64,000 bases of DNA, taken from a virus. The notes under the pieces were generated by a model that saw only the letters and a list, made by a program, of their open reading frames with translations, did not search any database and was not told where the DNA came from. The position numbers and the translations under genes were made by a program. Of the stretch, positions 36,801-45,450 are shown in pieces; positions within the stretch are counted from its first letter, which is position 1; every line of letters begins with the position of its first letter. The DNA lies in the IMG/VR virus record IMGVR_UViG_3300036985_007703, positions 32,001 to 96,000 of that record; one strand, given 5' to 3'.

Positions 36801-37979
36801 GTTGTTCGTGCGCGCATCGGCCAGCGTGGTGTCCGTCCGCTGCCCCATGATCACGTAGATCGGGCACGTGGGGTCGTTCCCTACGAAGAACCAATAGGCC
36901 ACATACGCGTTCGCCCCCATCTCGGTGAGCGTCCCCGCGTTGTCGTAGCAGATGTTCGTGCTCTGCGTGACGTAGTAGTCCGCCCCCTTCGCCGTCCACG
37001 TCCAATACCCCCCCGACCGCCGCAGCACGCGGCACTGCGTCTGCTCCCCGATGACCATGCGCATATCCTCGTCGCGATATACGCCCTCGGTGATCGTAAA
37101 GGTCGTGTTGCCGAAGGTCCCGCCAAACCCATTCACGTACCGCGATCCCAGGCACTCATGGAAATACTGGTGCGTGGCCCAGTCCATGACGAGCCCGTGG
37201 CGCTCCTCACCCGGACGCCCATCGGCCAGCGCGCTGTTCCAGTACACCGTGTAAACAGGCACGATCCCGCCGTCGATCGTCCACGGCGTCGAGGATTTCT
37301 GAAGCACCCCACTGGCGTCAAAGTAGATGTACCAGAGCCCCGTGGTGTCATCGATCGTCACCGTCTGGGCCACGCTCTTCGTATACTTGGTGCCCTTTGT
37401 GTAGAAGTCGAAGCTCGTCACGGTCGGGGCGATCGTGAACTCGCGCGATGTCGTGTTGAAGCTGATCGTGGAATCCGTGCGGTTCGGGAACCCCGTGGGC
37501 TCCGCCTGGAGCGTCGCGAACAGCGTCGAGGGCGTGTAGTCCCACGTGGCGTCGCCCCGCAGGAACTTGGTCGCATCGTTCGGCGCCTTAGGCGCAAACC
37601 CATGCCGTGAGGTCGTCACGTCCGCCGTCACCACGTCGATAAGGCTCAGCGCCCCCTCGGCGATAGCCGCACCATCCCCGTCGATATGGTCGTGGCTGTT
37701 GCCATTGGTCACGAGGCGGGCCGTGAGGTTGGTCTCGACCCCCGCGCTGTCGAGCGTGAAGATCTCCGTCGCGCTGCTGACCGCCTTCACGTACAGGCGC
37801 AACTTCGTGGCGACGGGATCGGCGGGCTTCGTGATCTCCGTCAGCTCGACCCACGTCGACGCCTTGACCGCCGCCGCCGTCGTGGCCCCCAGGGCGACGA
37901 CCCCCGCCGCATCCCGCCGCACCTCGGCGTCGCCGCCATACACCGTCTTGTTGTTCGCCGCGTCGTGAATCAGCGCCAT
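33882..37979 (-). CDS. Tail fibre with seven-bladed Asp-box (BNR) beta-propeller
   Basis: Seven GRLY[TI]SxxSGxxWxExQPAG-type repeats at about 35260-36190; fibre motifs elsewhere. Confidence 0.8.
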   Translation of the reverse strand: MALIHDAANNKTVYGGDAEVRRDAAGVVALGATTAAAVKASTWVELTEITKPADPVATKLRLYVKAVSSATEIFTLDSAGVETNLTARLVTNGNSHDHIDGDGAAIAEGALSLIDVVTADVTTSRHGFAPKAPNDATKFLRGDATWDYTPSTLFATLQAEPTGFPNRTDSTISFNTTSREFTIAPTVTSFDFYTKGTKYTKSVAQTVTIDDTTGLWYIYFDASGVLQKSSTPWTIDGGIVPVYTVYWNSALADGRPGEERHGLVMDWATHQYFHECLGSRYVNGFGGTFGNTTFTITEGVYRDEDMRMVIGEQTQCRVLRRSGGYWTWTAKGADYYVTQSTNICYDNAGTLTEMGANAYVAYWFFVGNDPTCPIYVIMGQRTDTTLADARTNNTYDQLSLTNLPFAEMKVLFRVILRNDATPYEETQDLRSMAVVSSGTYVATDHNSMTNRGLLGAHPASAITVDASGFAGKLSATDVDVQTALGTLDAHTHAPPSGDTRLIYNDTGAWAVSTVYQLKASGYTGIGQAAPGERLHLKDGSGNGAIVIGAHENATAIAGTVEWNGTNVRWYTGAVWKNVGVDVTDPMTYKGALNCARPWTYTERQPAGAVDKTWRAIASDASGTNLVAAAYGGRLYTSSNSGAGWTERQPAGDADKSWRSIASDASEGINLIAAVYGGRLYTSANSGVGWTERQPAGASDQNWIGVNSGQGGTNLIAAIYGGRLYTSGDSGANWAEKRPAGDVNKNWMAVACDYDGTNLIAAVNAGRLYISSNSGTDWTEVQPGGATNLNWLKVASDSDGSVLMAAASSGRLYISTDSGANWTERQPAGNSNRNWDSVSCDSDGSNMIAVIRENGNSDGKVYTSSDSGATWSERQPAGATVKAWISSASDGDGSNLLVGVSGGRLYTMVLGDYPNYPAADAGDTYRVSVAGKIGGNSGPNVEAGDMMVCTTDSTPTGDHATVGAYWDIIQMNLDGAVVGPGSSTDHALVRWNSTTGTSALDSTVIVGDDGAVSLRGTAQQFTSYNNTILSLAGAGTGYARIGLSGTTSHTFNTDADLLVAGRLEVNGITYLDGNVEVAGTTTLATSLSGLLKATAGVVSAASAGSDYQAATTFQYSLTGTTTVNLVNDSATPGNTKLYGTNASGTKGWYDQPASSSGGGASSWTAMTPFTRTADSTFTVTDNGTNQGIFVPGRPLRYRATASTWRYGIVTTYSAGTVTIAGAPMTTNDDDELAYAALSNVVMREFRLDGYFAPVASTQLLADIMGQWARWEHGTAYLVRVVHRVESIDTGASQPRLNTVVNGNKVGTANSNNGWDVSGSAWVSSAVDISTTNYVVANAQALELSTDANGTNDDAMTASVQLVFVLE

Positions 37980-37995
37980 CGGTCAATCCCTCTCC

Positions 37996-38013
37996 TGCGC
38001 ATGCGCATGCGCA
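37996..38013. promoter_or_regulatory. 18-bp palindrome, copy 7
   Basis: TGCGCATGCGCATGCGCA between stop and RBS. Confidence 0.75.
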
Positions 38014-38019
38014 GCGTCG

Positions 38020-41000
38020 TCACGCGAAGGTGTGCTTGGTCGTCCAGGTGCCCGCGATCCGCTTCTCGACCACGAGGTCATCTCCGGTGCGCCCCGTACG
38101 CCACGACCCATTCGTGGTCGGATCGCCGTAGTAGGTCCACGCATCGCTGGCGACCTCGATGTCCCCGCCCACGTCGAGCCGCGAGCTGGGCGCCGCCACG
38201 TTGATGCCGACCCGCTTGTTCGTATCGTCCCACACCCACTCCGAGGTCTCGGCGTAGGTCCACTTGGTGTTCCCGTTGTCCCAGAAGAGGAGCTGCCCGG
38301 CCGCCGTGCCCGCATCCACCGTGGTGCCGCCCCCCGCCGCGATCCAACTGCACACGCCCGCCGTCGTCGCGCTGAGCACGTAGCCCGTCACGCCCGGCGC
38401 CGCCGCTGGCAGCGTCATCGTCCACGACCCCGCCGCGTCCGCGACCTTGAGCGTCACGGCCCCCGAGGTCGTGCCCAACAGGTCGATCCGACCCGTGACC
38501 CCGCCCGCCTTGCCGATCTGCACGACGCCCGCGTCCGTGATCCGCACGCGCTCGACCGAGGTCGCGGTGTCACTGGGCGTCGTGTTGAACGTCAGATGCC
38601 CGCCGTTCGCTCCAGAGGCCCAGGTCTGCGCCGCAAAGGCCCCGATCCACGCCGTCCCCCTGAATCCCGCCTCGTAACCGCAGAAATACAGGGCACCCAA
38701 GGCATCCCCACTGGAGACCACCGAGGGCGACGCATCGCTCGTCCCGCGCGCCCGCCCTACCAACAAGGTCCCCTGATCGGATGCCGTGTTGCTGACCCCA
38801 AACACCGCATGATAGGCGCTACCCACCCGCGTGAGTTGGAAATCAAACGTCGGCGTGTAGGCGCCCATCCGCAACTTGTTGTCGCTGGTGAGCCGCATCC
38901 GTTCAACAAAGGTCCCTGCCCCACTCATCGTCGAGAAAACGATGCGCCCCGGCACGTAGATCCCTGACAGCGCCGCGTCGACCTCGAACCCGACACCGGA
39001 CGACACGCGGTAGCACGCTGAGGTGTTCGTGTTCCACCCGTAGGCGTAGAAACCACCGATGGTGTCCCCACTGGTCACGACTGTCTTAGAAGCGACCGTT
39101 CCGTTACACCGCAGGAACTCGTAGTAGGCCGCCCCCGCCGACGACTCGTTGGCGATGCTGTTGTAGCCCGCTGCCCCCGATACCACGAGGCGCCGATTCT
39201 GGGCCGCCCCTTCAATGACCGGATCCGTCGCCGTGTTGATCTGCACGTACCCCGCACTCGTGATCCGCATGCGCTCCGATGGCGCATCGTTTATCCCTGC
39301 ATGGAAAGTCAATCTGCCAGGGACATTGTTATTGCTAACAGTTCCATCTATTTCTAAATAAATACCACCGGCGTTCGCATAATCAGTCCCATCATAACCC
39401 CAACCTTGAATACCAAAAACAACCTCAGTGTTTACAACCGCAGTCTTACTGGTCAACGTCCCGTTTGCTCTTAGCATACGCAGGGTTGTTGTTGTTCCAA
39501 CACCATCGACATGAATGCCAGGCAAATACGTCCCGGAAACAGCACCTGCAACATACAACGGAACAGTGTATGACGTTCCACTCAGTGTTGCAGCTCCAGT
39601 CGAAGATCCAAAGCTAGCTATTGGAGTTGCCGTGTCTATGTAATAAAAACTAGACGCGCCACCAAATGCCCCGGCGTTGTTGTATTGAATCTGATGATCC
39701 GAACCTGCTGGTGTCGCCGAGACCGCCGCCCACGAGGTCACGCCGCTGCCGCTCGTCTGGAGGAACCACCCGTTGGTCCCGTTGGTGGTGGGGAACTGGA
39801 ACACGGTCCCCGTGCCCGCCGCCGCCGCCGCCTTGAGCGTGACTGTCCCCGAGGTGGTCCCGTACAAATCGATCTGGCCCGTTGCGCCCCCCGCCACGCC
39901 GATCCGCACGATGCCCGCGCTCGTGATCCGCATGCGCTCGGTCATCGAGGCCGCCCCATCGGCCGTCGTGTAGAAGACCATGTTGCCAGGCATGTCCGAG
40001 GCGCCTGGCGTGGCATCGACGTTCACCCCGATCGCTGCCGCCGGGCGGTATGTACTTCCGTCGTAGCCGCCCCAGTTCAGCGACCCGCAATTGTCCCCCG
40101 ACTGCACGATCTGCTTAGTCCCCACCGTGTTGCGCGCCCGATAGAAGTACATGCTAGCGCCGTTCGACGCGCCAATGGCCTCTACCGCGATGCCCGGCAG
40201 GTTGTTCGTCTGCTCCGTCTGCACCAACAACGGGACCGAGTACGAGGCCCCTCCGATACTGATCGTCTGCGCCGCGCCGATGCTCACGCGGGGCTCGTAC
40301 TGGCTCGCACTCGCGATGCGGAACTTCTCCGCCAAGGTCCCCGCCGCGTCCATCGTGTCGAACCGCAGGTACGAGGACACAAGGTTCGTCCCCACTGCGT
40401 CGGCGATCACCTGGATCTGCGTCGTCTTGCGCCAGTCGGCGTTCTTATAGGCCCAGACCGCCGCCAATTCCGCCAGCACGTCCGCCGCCGCCACGTCCGT
40501 CTTCGAGGCCGACGACCCCCGGCTCTTCATGTACGAGAAGATCCCGTAGGCCGGGTTGCCGAATGACTCCAGCGCGATGCTGCTGTAGGAATCCTTGGTG
40601 ATCGCCAGGTTGTTGCCGGAGGCGGTGTTGGCCACATCCCCGATGCGCACCTGGCCCGCGCTCGTGATCCGCACGCGCTCCACCGGGGACGCGCTCCCCG
40701 AGGGCGTGGTCTCCAAGGTGAGGTACCCCGGCGCACTCGAATCCGAGAACGTGCCATCGGCCACGACGGTCATGCGCCCGCCGGTCACCCACGTGCTTGT
40801 CCCAAATCCCGCACCAACGTGCGCCACCAAGGTGTTACCGCTGACCGCCGCCGTGCGCGAGGCCGCCGACCCGTTCGCGTGGAGCCCTGAGAAATACGAG
40901 TAGTACCCTGTGCCAAAGGTATGCACGCCCACACCGCAAAACGCCTGATCCATCGCGACGACCAGATTGTTTTGGTTGTGGTTCGCCACGCTCGCCATCG

Positions 41001-44000
41001 CGTTGGTGATGAACACCTGTCCCCCACTCAAGATGCGCATCCGCTCGACCTCGGTCGTGCTCCCCGAGGGCGTGGTCAGGAAACTCATGTACCCCGGCGA
41101 GCTAGAGTTCGTGAACGTGCCATCCGCATGCACGCGGATCCTACCCGCATACACCCACGTGTTGTCGCCGTACCCGCCACCGATGAAGGCCGCCAGGTTG
41201 TCTCCCGCCACGGCCGCCGTCGGCGTCCCTAGCGTGCCGTTCGCGTGGTATCCGGCAAAATACGAGTAGTAGGTCGTGCCGAACGTCTGCGTGCTCACCC
41301 CCGCGTAAGCCTGGTTCATCGCGACCGAGAGCGGGATGCCCACGATGTTCGCGGCGTTCGCCATGTTGTTGCTGACGTACAGGTACCCCGCCGAGGTGAG
41401 CCGCATGCGCTGGAGCGGCGACGTGCTCCCCGAGGGCGTCGTGTAGAAGTCGAGGTAGCCGGGACTTGAGGAGTCCGTAAACGTGCCATCCGCCCCCGCC
41501 CAGATGATCGCCGCTGTGTACGAGGACGTGGCCCCACGCCCCAGGAAGCCGATGCTGCCAATCCCGTCCCCCGCTGCCAGCGCCGTCGGCGTGGCCAGCG
41601 TCCCGCGCGAGCGGTAGTACGAGGTGTTGGCATAGCCCACACCCGCCCCCGCTGCGCAGATCATGTACTGATTGAGGTAGCCGCCCTCCCCCTGGATGTT
41701 GAGGAGCCGCCCGCTGTTGCTCCAGGTGAAGTTAGCGTCCGCCCCGAAGGCCCCCGCGTTGTTGTACTGGATCTGCGTGGAACTCCCCGCCGGGGAACCC
41801 CCGCCGAAGGCCGTCCACCCGCTGCCCGTGTAGCCCTGAAACGCCGTCCCCGTCCACCGGATCGTCCCCGCGTTGGTCCCCGTGGTGTTGCCCACGCGGA
41901 TCGCCCCGTTGCCACTGCCGTCGTAGAGGTCGAGACGCTCCGTCGGCGCCGTCTTGCCGATACCCAGGCTGCCATTCGCGATCAAGCGCATGCGCTCGGC
42001 CCACGAGGTCACATTGGTCGTATAGAAGGCCATATACGCCGACTGGTCCGTTCCACTCCAGTTCACCGACGCCGCCGAGATGATCGTGGCCGCGTGCTGC
42101 GCGTTGCTCGCGTCGTAGTAGCCCATGAAGTAGAGGCCACCCGTATAGTCCCCGCTCTGGACCGCCGTGCGCGCGGCCCGCGTGCCCCGGCTGCGCACGC
42201 ACATGAGGCCGGGATTCACGCCGGGGGTATCACTGGCCCCGGAGGCGATGACCGTCCCCCCACCGCTGTCCACGAACACCTCCAGCGTCCCGCCGGGGTT
42301 CGTACACCCGATGCCCACCTTGCCATCCTGGTTGATCCGCATCCGCTCCAGATGCGTCGTCGTCGCGTTGGGCGTCGTGTTGAACGTCATCATCGTCCCA
42401 CTCGCCGACGCCCCCCAGTTCTCCGTCGCGACGCCCCGGATACAGGCCCCGACGCGCCCATTGGCTCCGTCGTAGAGCCCTCCCCATTGGAGCTGCCCGA
42501 TGATGTCCGCCGACAGGATCGCCGAGGGCGACGCCTGCGTCCCGTTCGCCTTGTTCATCGTCAACGTCGGGAACACCGTGGTCCCGAACGAATACACTCG
42601 GATGTAGGCGTAGGTGTTGCTCTGCACGTCGAGATCGATCGCCGGGGTGCAGCCGATGCCCAGGTACCCCGCGCTGGTCAATCGCATGCGCTCGGCGAAC
42701 GTCCCGCCCGTGTTCCGCGTCATGAACACGAGGCGCCCCGGCACGTTGTCCTCGGCGACCGTCCCGTCCACCTCGCCCTTGATCTGGGTCGCCACGATGT
42801 ACGAGGGCGTCGTGCCCCCATCCCACCCGTACGTCCCCCAACTGCCAATCTGATCACCGCTGGCGACGGCCGTCTTGCTGGCCAGCGTCCCGCCGCACCG
42901 ATACGACTCGAAACGCGCCGCATCCGCCGCGACCTCAGCCGCGATCCCGCCAATGGTGGCATCGCCTGAGGCGATCAACCGCCGCCCCACGGTCGCCCCA
43001 CTGACCGTCGGCGCCGTCGTCAGCCCGATGTACAGGTGCCCCGCCTGCGTGATCCGCATGCGCTCGGACACCACCGTCGCGCGGTTCGCCGTCGTACCGA
43101 ACAGCAGGTTGGCCCCCGACCCGCTGGCGTCCCACCCCTCGGCCGCCTCACCCGTGATCTGCGCGCCCTCACGCTGGGTCGTCGTGTTGTAGAACCCCGC
43201 CCACTGCATGATGCCGAGGTAGTTCCCGTTGGTCACCGCCGTCGGGCTCGCCATCGTGCCGTTGGCGCGATTCACGGACACCGTCGCGTACGCCGCTCCA
43301 TAGGCGATGGCCCGGATCGCCGTGAACCCGTTCCACTGCACGTCGAGGGGCACGCCGGGCGCCGCCGTCCCGATCCCCAGGAAGCCCACGCTCGTGAGGC
43401 GCATGCGCTCCGCGAAGGTCGTCCCGTCCAGCGTGCTGATCGTGACGTGCGTCTTCTTCGCCGTCGTGCCGTCCGCCACGACCCCGATCTGCGCCCCCAC
43501 GTAGTCCGCCGAGGCGCTGCGCCCCGAGATCGAGATGAGCCCTAAGGTGTCCCCCGTGTTGATGTCCGCTGGCGTCCCCGCCGTGCCCCGCGCCCGATAG
43601 AGCGCCAGGACCGCCGGGGCATCCGCCGTCGCGCTGTAATTCCGCTGCTTGATCCCCCGTGCCGCATCACTGGCCGTCACCACATCGAAGTCGACCGTCG
43701 GCGTACTCGTCCCGAGCCCCAGGCGACTATTCCCGTGGTCCCAATACAGCGTCGCCGCCCCGTTCAGGGATCCGCCATCGTTGAACTGGACCTGATGGTC
43801 ACTGCCGCCCGCCCCAGCCGGGTCCGTCGTGTAGGCGATCCCCTTCCACGCCGCGTTCGCGAAAACCTTGAAGCGGTCGGCCACCGTGTCGTAGAAGAAC
43901 ATCCCCTCCTGGGGAGAGCCCGTCCCGTCACCCGTGCTGTCCCACTCGTTCGAGCGGATCCACTCCAGGACCGACCCCGTGCCGGTCTCCGCCGCGTACT

Positions 44001-44043
44001 CGCCCTGGTAGTTGTTCTGCCGGTAGGGATTGGTCAGGCCCAT
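38020..44043 (-). CDS. Very long repeat tail fibre (2007 aa)
   Basis: About 13 units ending ERMR[IL]xxxG; QxQ[YF]NxxG x3; GTTSGxVTLK x2. Confidence 0.85.
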   Translation of the reverse strand: MGLTNPYRQNNYQGEYAAETGTGSVLEWIRSNEWDSTGDGTGSPQEGMFFYDTVADRFKVFANAAWKGIAYTTDPAGAGGSDHQVQFNDGGSLNGAATLYWDHGNSRLGLGTSTPTVDFDVVTASDAARGIKQRNYSATADAPAVLALYRARGTAGTPADINTGDTLGLISISGRSASADYVGAQIGVVADGTTAKKTHVTISTLDGTTFAERMRLTSVGFLGIGTAAPGVPLDVQWNGFTAIRAIAYGAAYATVSVNRANGTMASPTAVTNGNYLGIMQWAGFYNTTTQREGAQITGEAAEGWDASGSGANLLFGTTANRATVVSERMRITQAGHLYIGLTTAPTVSGATVGRRLIASGDATIGGIAAEVAADAARFESYRCGGTLASKTAVASGDQIGSWGTYGWDGGTTPSYIVATQIKGEVDGTVAEDNVPGRLVFMTRNTGGTFAERMRLTSAGYLGIGCTPAIDLDVQSNTYAYIRVYSFGTTVFPTLTMNKANGTQASPSAILSADIIGQLQWGGLYDGANGRVGACIRGVATENWGASASGTMMTFNTTPNATTTHLERMRINQDGKVGIGCTNPGGTLEVFVDSGGGTVIASGASDTPGVNPGLMCVRSRGTRAARTAVQSGDYTGGLYFMGYYDASNAQHAATIISAASVNWSGTDQSAYMAFYTTNVTSWAERMRLIANGSLGIGKTAPTERLDLYDGSGNGAIRVGNTTGTNAGTIRWTGTAFQGYTGSGWTAFGGGSPAGSSTQIQYNNAGAFGADANFTWSNSGRLLNIQGEGGYLNQYMICAAGAGVGYANTSYYRSRGTLATPTALAAGDGIGSIGFLGRGATSSYTAAIIWAGADGTFTDSSSPGYLDFYTTPSGSTSPLQRMRLTSAGYLYVSNNMANAANIVGIPLSVAMNQAYAGVSTQTFGTTYYSYFAGYHANGTLGTPTAAVAGDNLAAFIGGGYGDNTWVYAGRIRVHADGTFTNSSSPGYMSFLTTPSGSTTEVERMRILSGGQVFITNAMASVANHNQNNLVVAMDQAFCGVGVHTFGTGYYSYFSGLHANGSAASRTAAVSGNTLVAHVGAGFGTSTWVTGGRMTVVADGTFSDSSAPGYLTLETTPSGSASPVERVRITSAGQVRIGDVANTASGNNLAITKDSYSSIALESFGNPAYGIFSYMKSRGSSASKTDVAAADVLAELAAVWAYKNADWRKTTQIQVIADAVGTNLVSSYLRFDTMDAAGTLAEKFRIASASQYEPRVSIGAAQTISIGGASYSVPLLVQTEQTNNLPGIAVEAIGASNGASMYFYRARNTVGTKQIVQSGDNCGSLNWGGYDGSTYRPAAAIGVNVDATPGASDMPGNMVFYTTADGAASMTERMRITSAGIVRIGVAGGATGQIDLYGTTSGTVTLKAAAAAGTGTVFQFPTTNGTNGWFLQTSGSGVTSWAAVSATPAGSDHQIQYNNAGAFGGASSFYYIDTATPIASFGSSTGAATLSGTSYTVPLYVAGAVSGTYLPGIHVDGVGTTTTLRMLRANGTLTSKTAVVNTEVVFGIQGWGYDGTDYANAGGIYLEIDGTVSNNNVPGRLTFHAGINDAPSERMRITSAGYVQINTATDPVIEGAAQNRRLVVSGAAGYNSIANESSAGAAYYEFLRCNGTVASKTVVTSGDTIGGFYAYGWNTNTSACYRVSSGVGFEVDAALSGIYVPGRIVFSTMSGAGTFVERMRLTSDNKLRMGAYTPTFDFQLTRVGSAYHAVFGVSNTASDQGTLLVGRARGTSDASPSVVSSGDALGALYFCGYEAGFRGTAWIGAFAAQTWASGANGGHLTFNTTPSDTATSVERVRITDAGVVQIGKAGGVTGRIDLLGTTSGAVTLKVADAAGSWTMTLPAAAPGVTGYVLSATTAGVCSWIAAGGGTTVDAGTAAGQLLFWDNGNTKWTYAETSEWVWDDTNKRVGINVAAPSSRLDVGGDIEVASDAWTYYGDPTTNGSWRTGRTGDDLVVEKRIAGTWTTKHTFA

Positions 44044-44188
44044 CGATCACACCTCTCAGCGCCGCACAGTCAGGCAGCCCTCTACATCGAGCCTAAAAGA
44101 GCCGAGGTGCCCCGCGTGCGCCTAGAGAGGGAGGGTCCAATTCCTGACCCCAGACCCACGCGGGGACACCTCCGCATCCGATCCGATC

Positions 44189-45391
44189 TCAGACCACGAA
44201 CCACACCGCCGCCGCCGCGATGCCCGCCGTCTTGCAGACGTAGAGAATGTCGTTGGTCGTGTCCATGGCGAACTCGCCCTTGACGCCCGCGACGTTGGTG
44301 TTCGGGTTGCCCGCGTAGAACTGCATGGAGCGCACGCCGTCGCTGTCGACCGCGAGGCCGCCCTTGGTCGCCGTGGCCGCCGCGACGACGCTGAGCGCCG
44401 TGCCGCCGCCACCCGTGATGCCGTTCCCGGCGACGGAGGCGTTGAGCTGCGTGGCGGTGATCCCGCCGTTCTTGACGATGAGGGAGCCCGGCCCGGTGCC
44501 GCTCACGCCGATCGTGCTGTTGTCGTAGTTGACGGCGATGTCGTCGCTGCCCACCGTGATCGCGCCGGTGCTCGCCGCGCCGATGTTCAGGGTGTTGCCG
44601 TCCTTCGTGAGGCCCGCGCCCGCGTTGATCTGCCCGGCGCCCGTGAACTGGACCCACACGGAGCCGCTGTACACGTAGCCCCAGTTCTCGTAGAGGCTGC
44701 CGTCGGCGCTGACGATCACGGCGTCGGCATCGACCGCCGCCACGAAGCTCCAGGCCGAGCCGCTGTACTGCGCGAACTTCTTGCCATGGCCCGTGAAGGA
44801 CCCCGCCGCCGTGCCGCTGAGGCCCGTAATGACCGCGCGGGTGCCCGCCCCGATAGCCCCGAGATCCGTCCACACCGTGCCGCTCCACTCGTACATGTGG
44901 CCGTCGGTGTACAGGGTCGGGGTCTCCTCCCAGTTGTTGGCGATGTGCGTCTCGCCCTTGACGCCCGTCGGCACCACATGGCTGGTGTCCGCGTCACTGA
45001 CGAGGTTGATCACCTTCACGGGCTGCTTCCACGCGAGGCCGCTCGCCACGCTGTCCACGTAGCTCTTGTTCGCGGCGTCGGTCGCATCATCGGGCGACAG
45101 CAGCCCGGTGATCTTGTGGGTGTTCATGTCGATGGTGTAGGACCCGGCGCTGTTGCCCGCCGCCAACACGTTGGCGAGCGTCGGCGTGCTCGCCGTGATG
45201 TCCGACCACGCCGTGCCGTTCCACACCATCACGCGGCCCGTGCCCGTGTTGAAGAACTGGACGCCGAGGCCGACCGACGCGCCGAGCGTGCCCCACCCGA
45301 GGGTAGTCTCGAAGAACGTGGTCGCTGCGCCGCTCGTCGCGTGATCGCCGATGAACGCGTGCTGTCTGTACGGACTGGTGAAACCTGCCAT
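44189..45391 (-). CDS. Tail fibre / virion structural protein
   Basis: KITGL..P...DAANKSYVD...GLAWK; W.QFTGAGQI.AGAGLTK.GNTL motifs common in phage fibres. Confidence 0.75.
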   Translation of the reverse strand: MAGFTSPYRQHAFIGDHATSGAATTFFETTLGWGTLGASVGLGVQFFNTGTGRVMVWNGTAWSDITASTPTLANVLAAGNSAGSYTIDMNTHKITGLLSPDDATDAANKSYVDSVASGLAWKQPVKVINLVSDADTSHVVPTGVKGETHIANNWEETPTLYTDGHMYEWSGTVWTDLGAIGAGTRAVITGLSGTAAGSFTGHGKKFAQYSGSAWSFVAAVDADAVIVSADGSLYENWGYVYSGSVWVQFTGAGQINAGAGLTKDGNTLNIGAASTGAITVGSDDIAVNYDNSTIGVSGTGPGSLIVKNGGITATQLNASVAGNGITGGGGTALSVVAAATATKGGLAVDSDGVRSMQFYAGNPNTNVAGVKGEFAMDTTNDILYVCKTAGIAAAAVWFVV

Positions 45392-45450
45392 CTGCCTTCT
45401 CCTTGTGTCAGTGCGCCGGTTTCCCCGGTCGCCTCATTGGGGCCGCCGAC

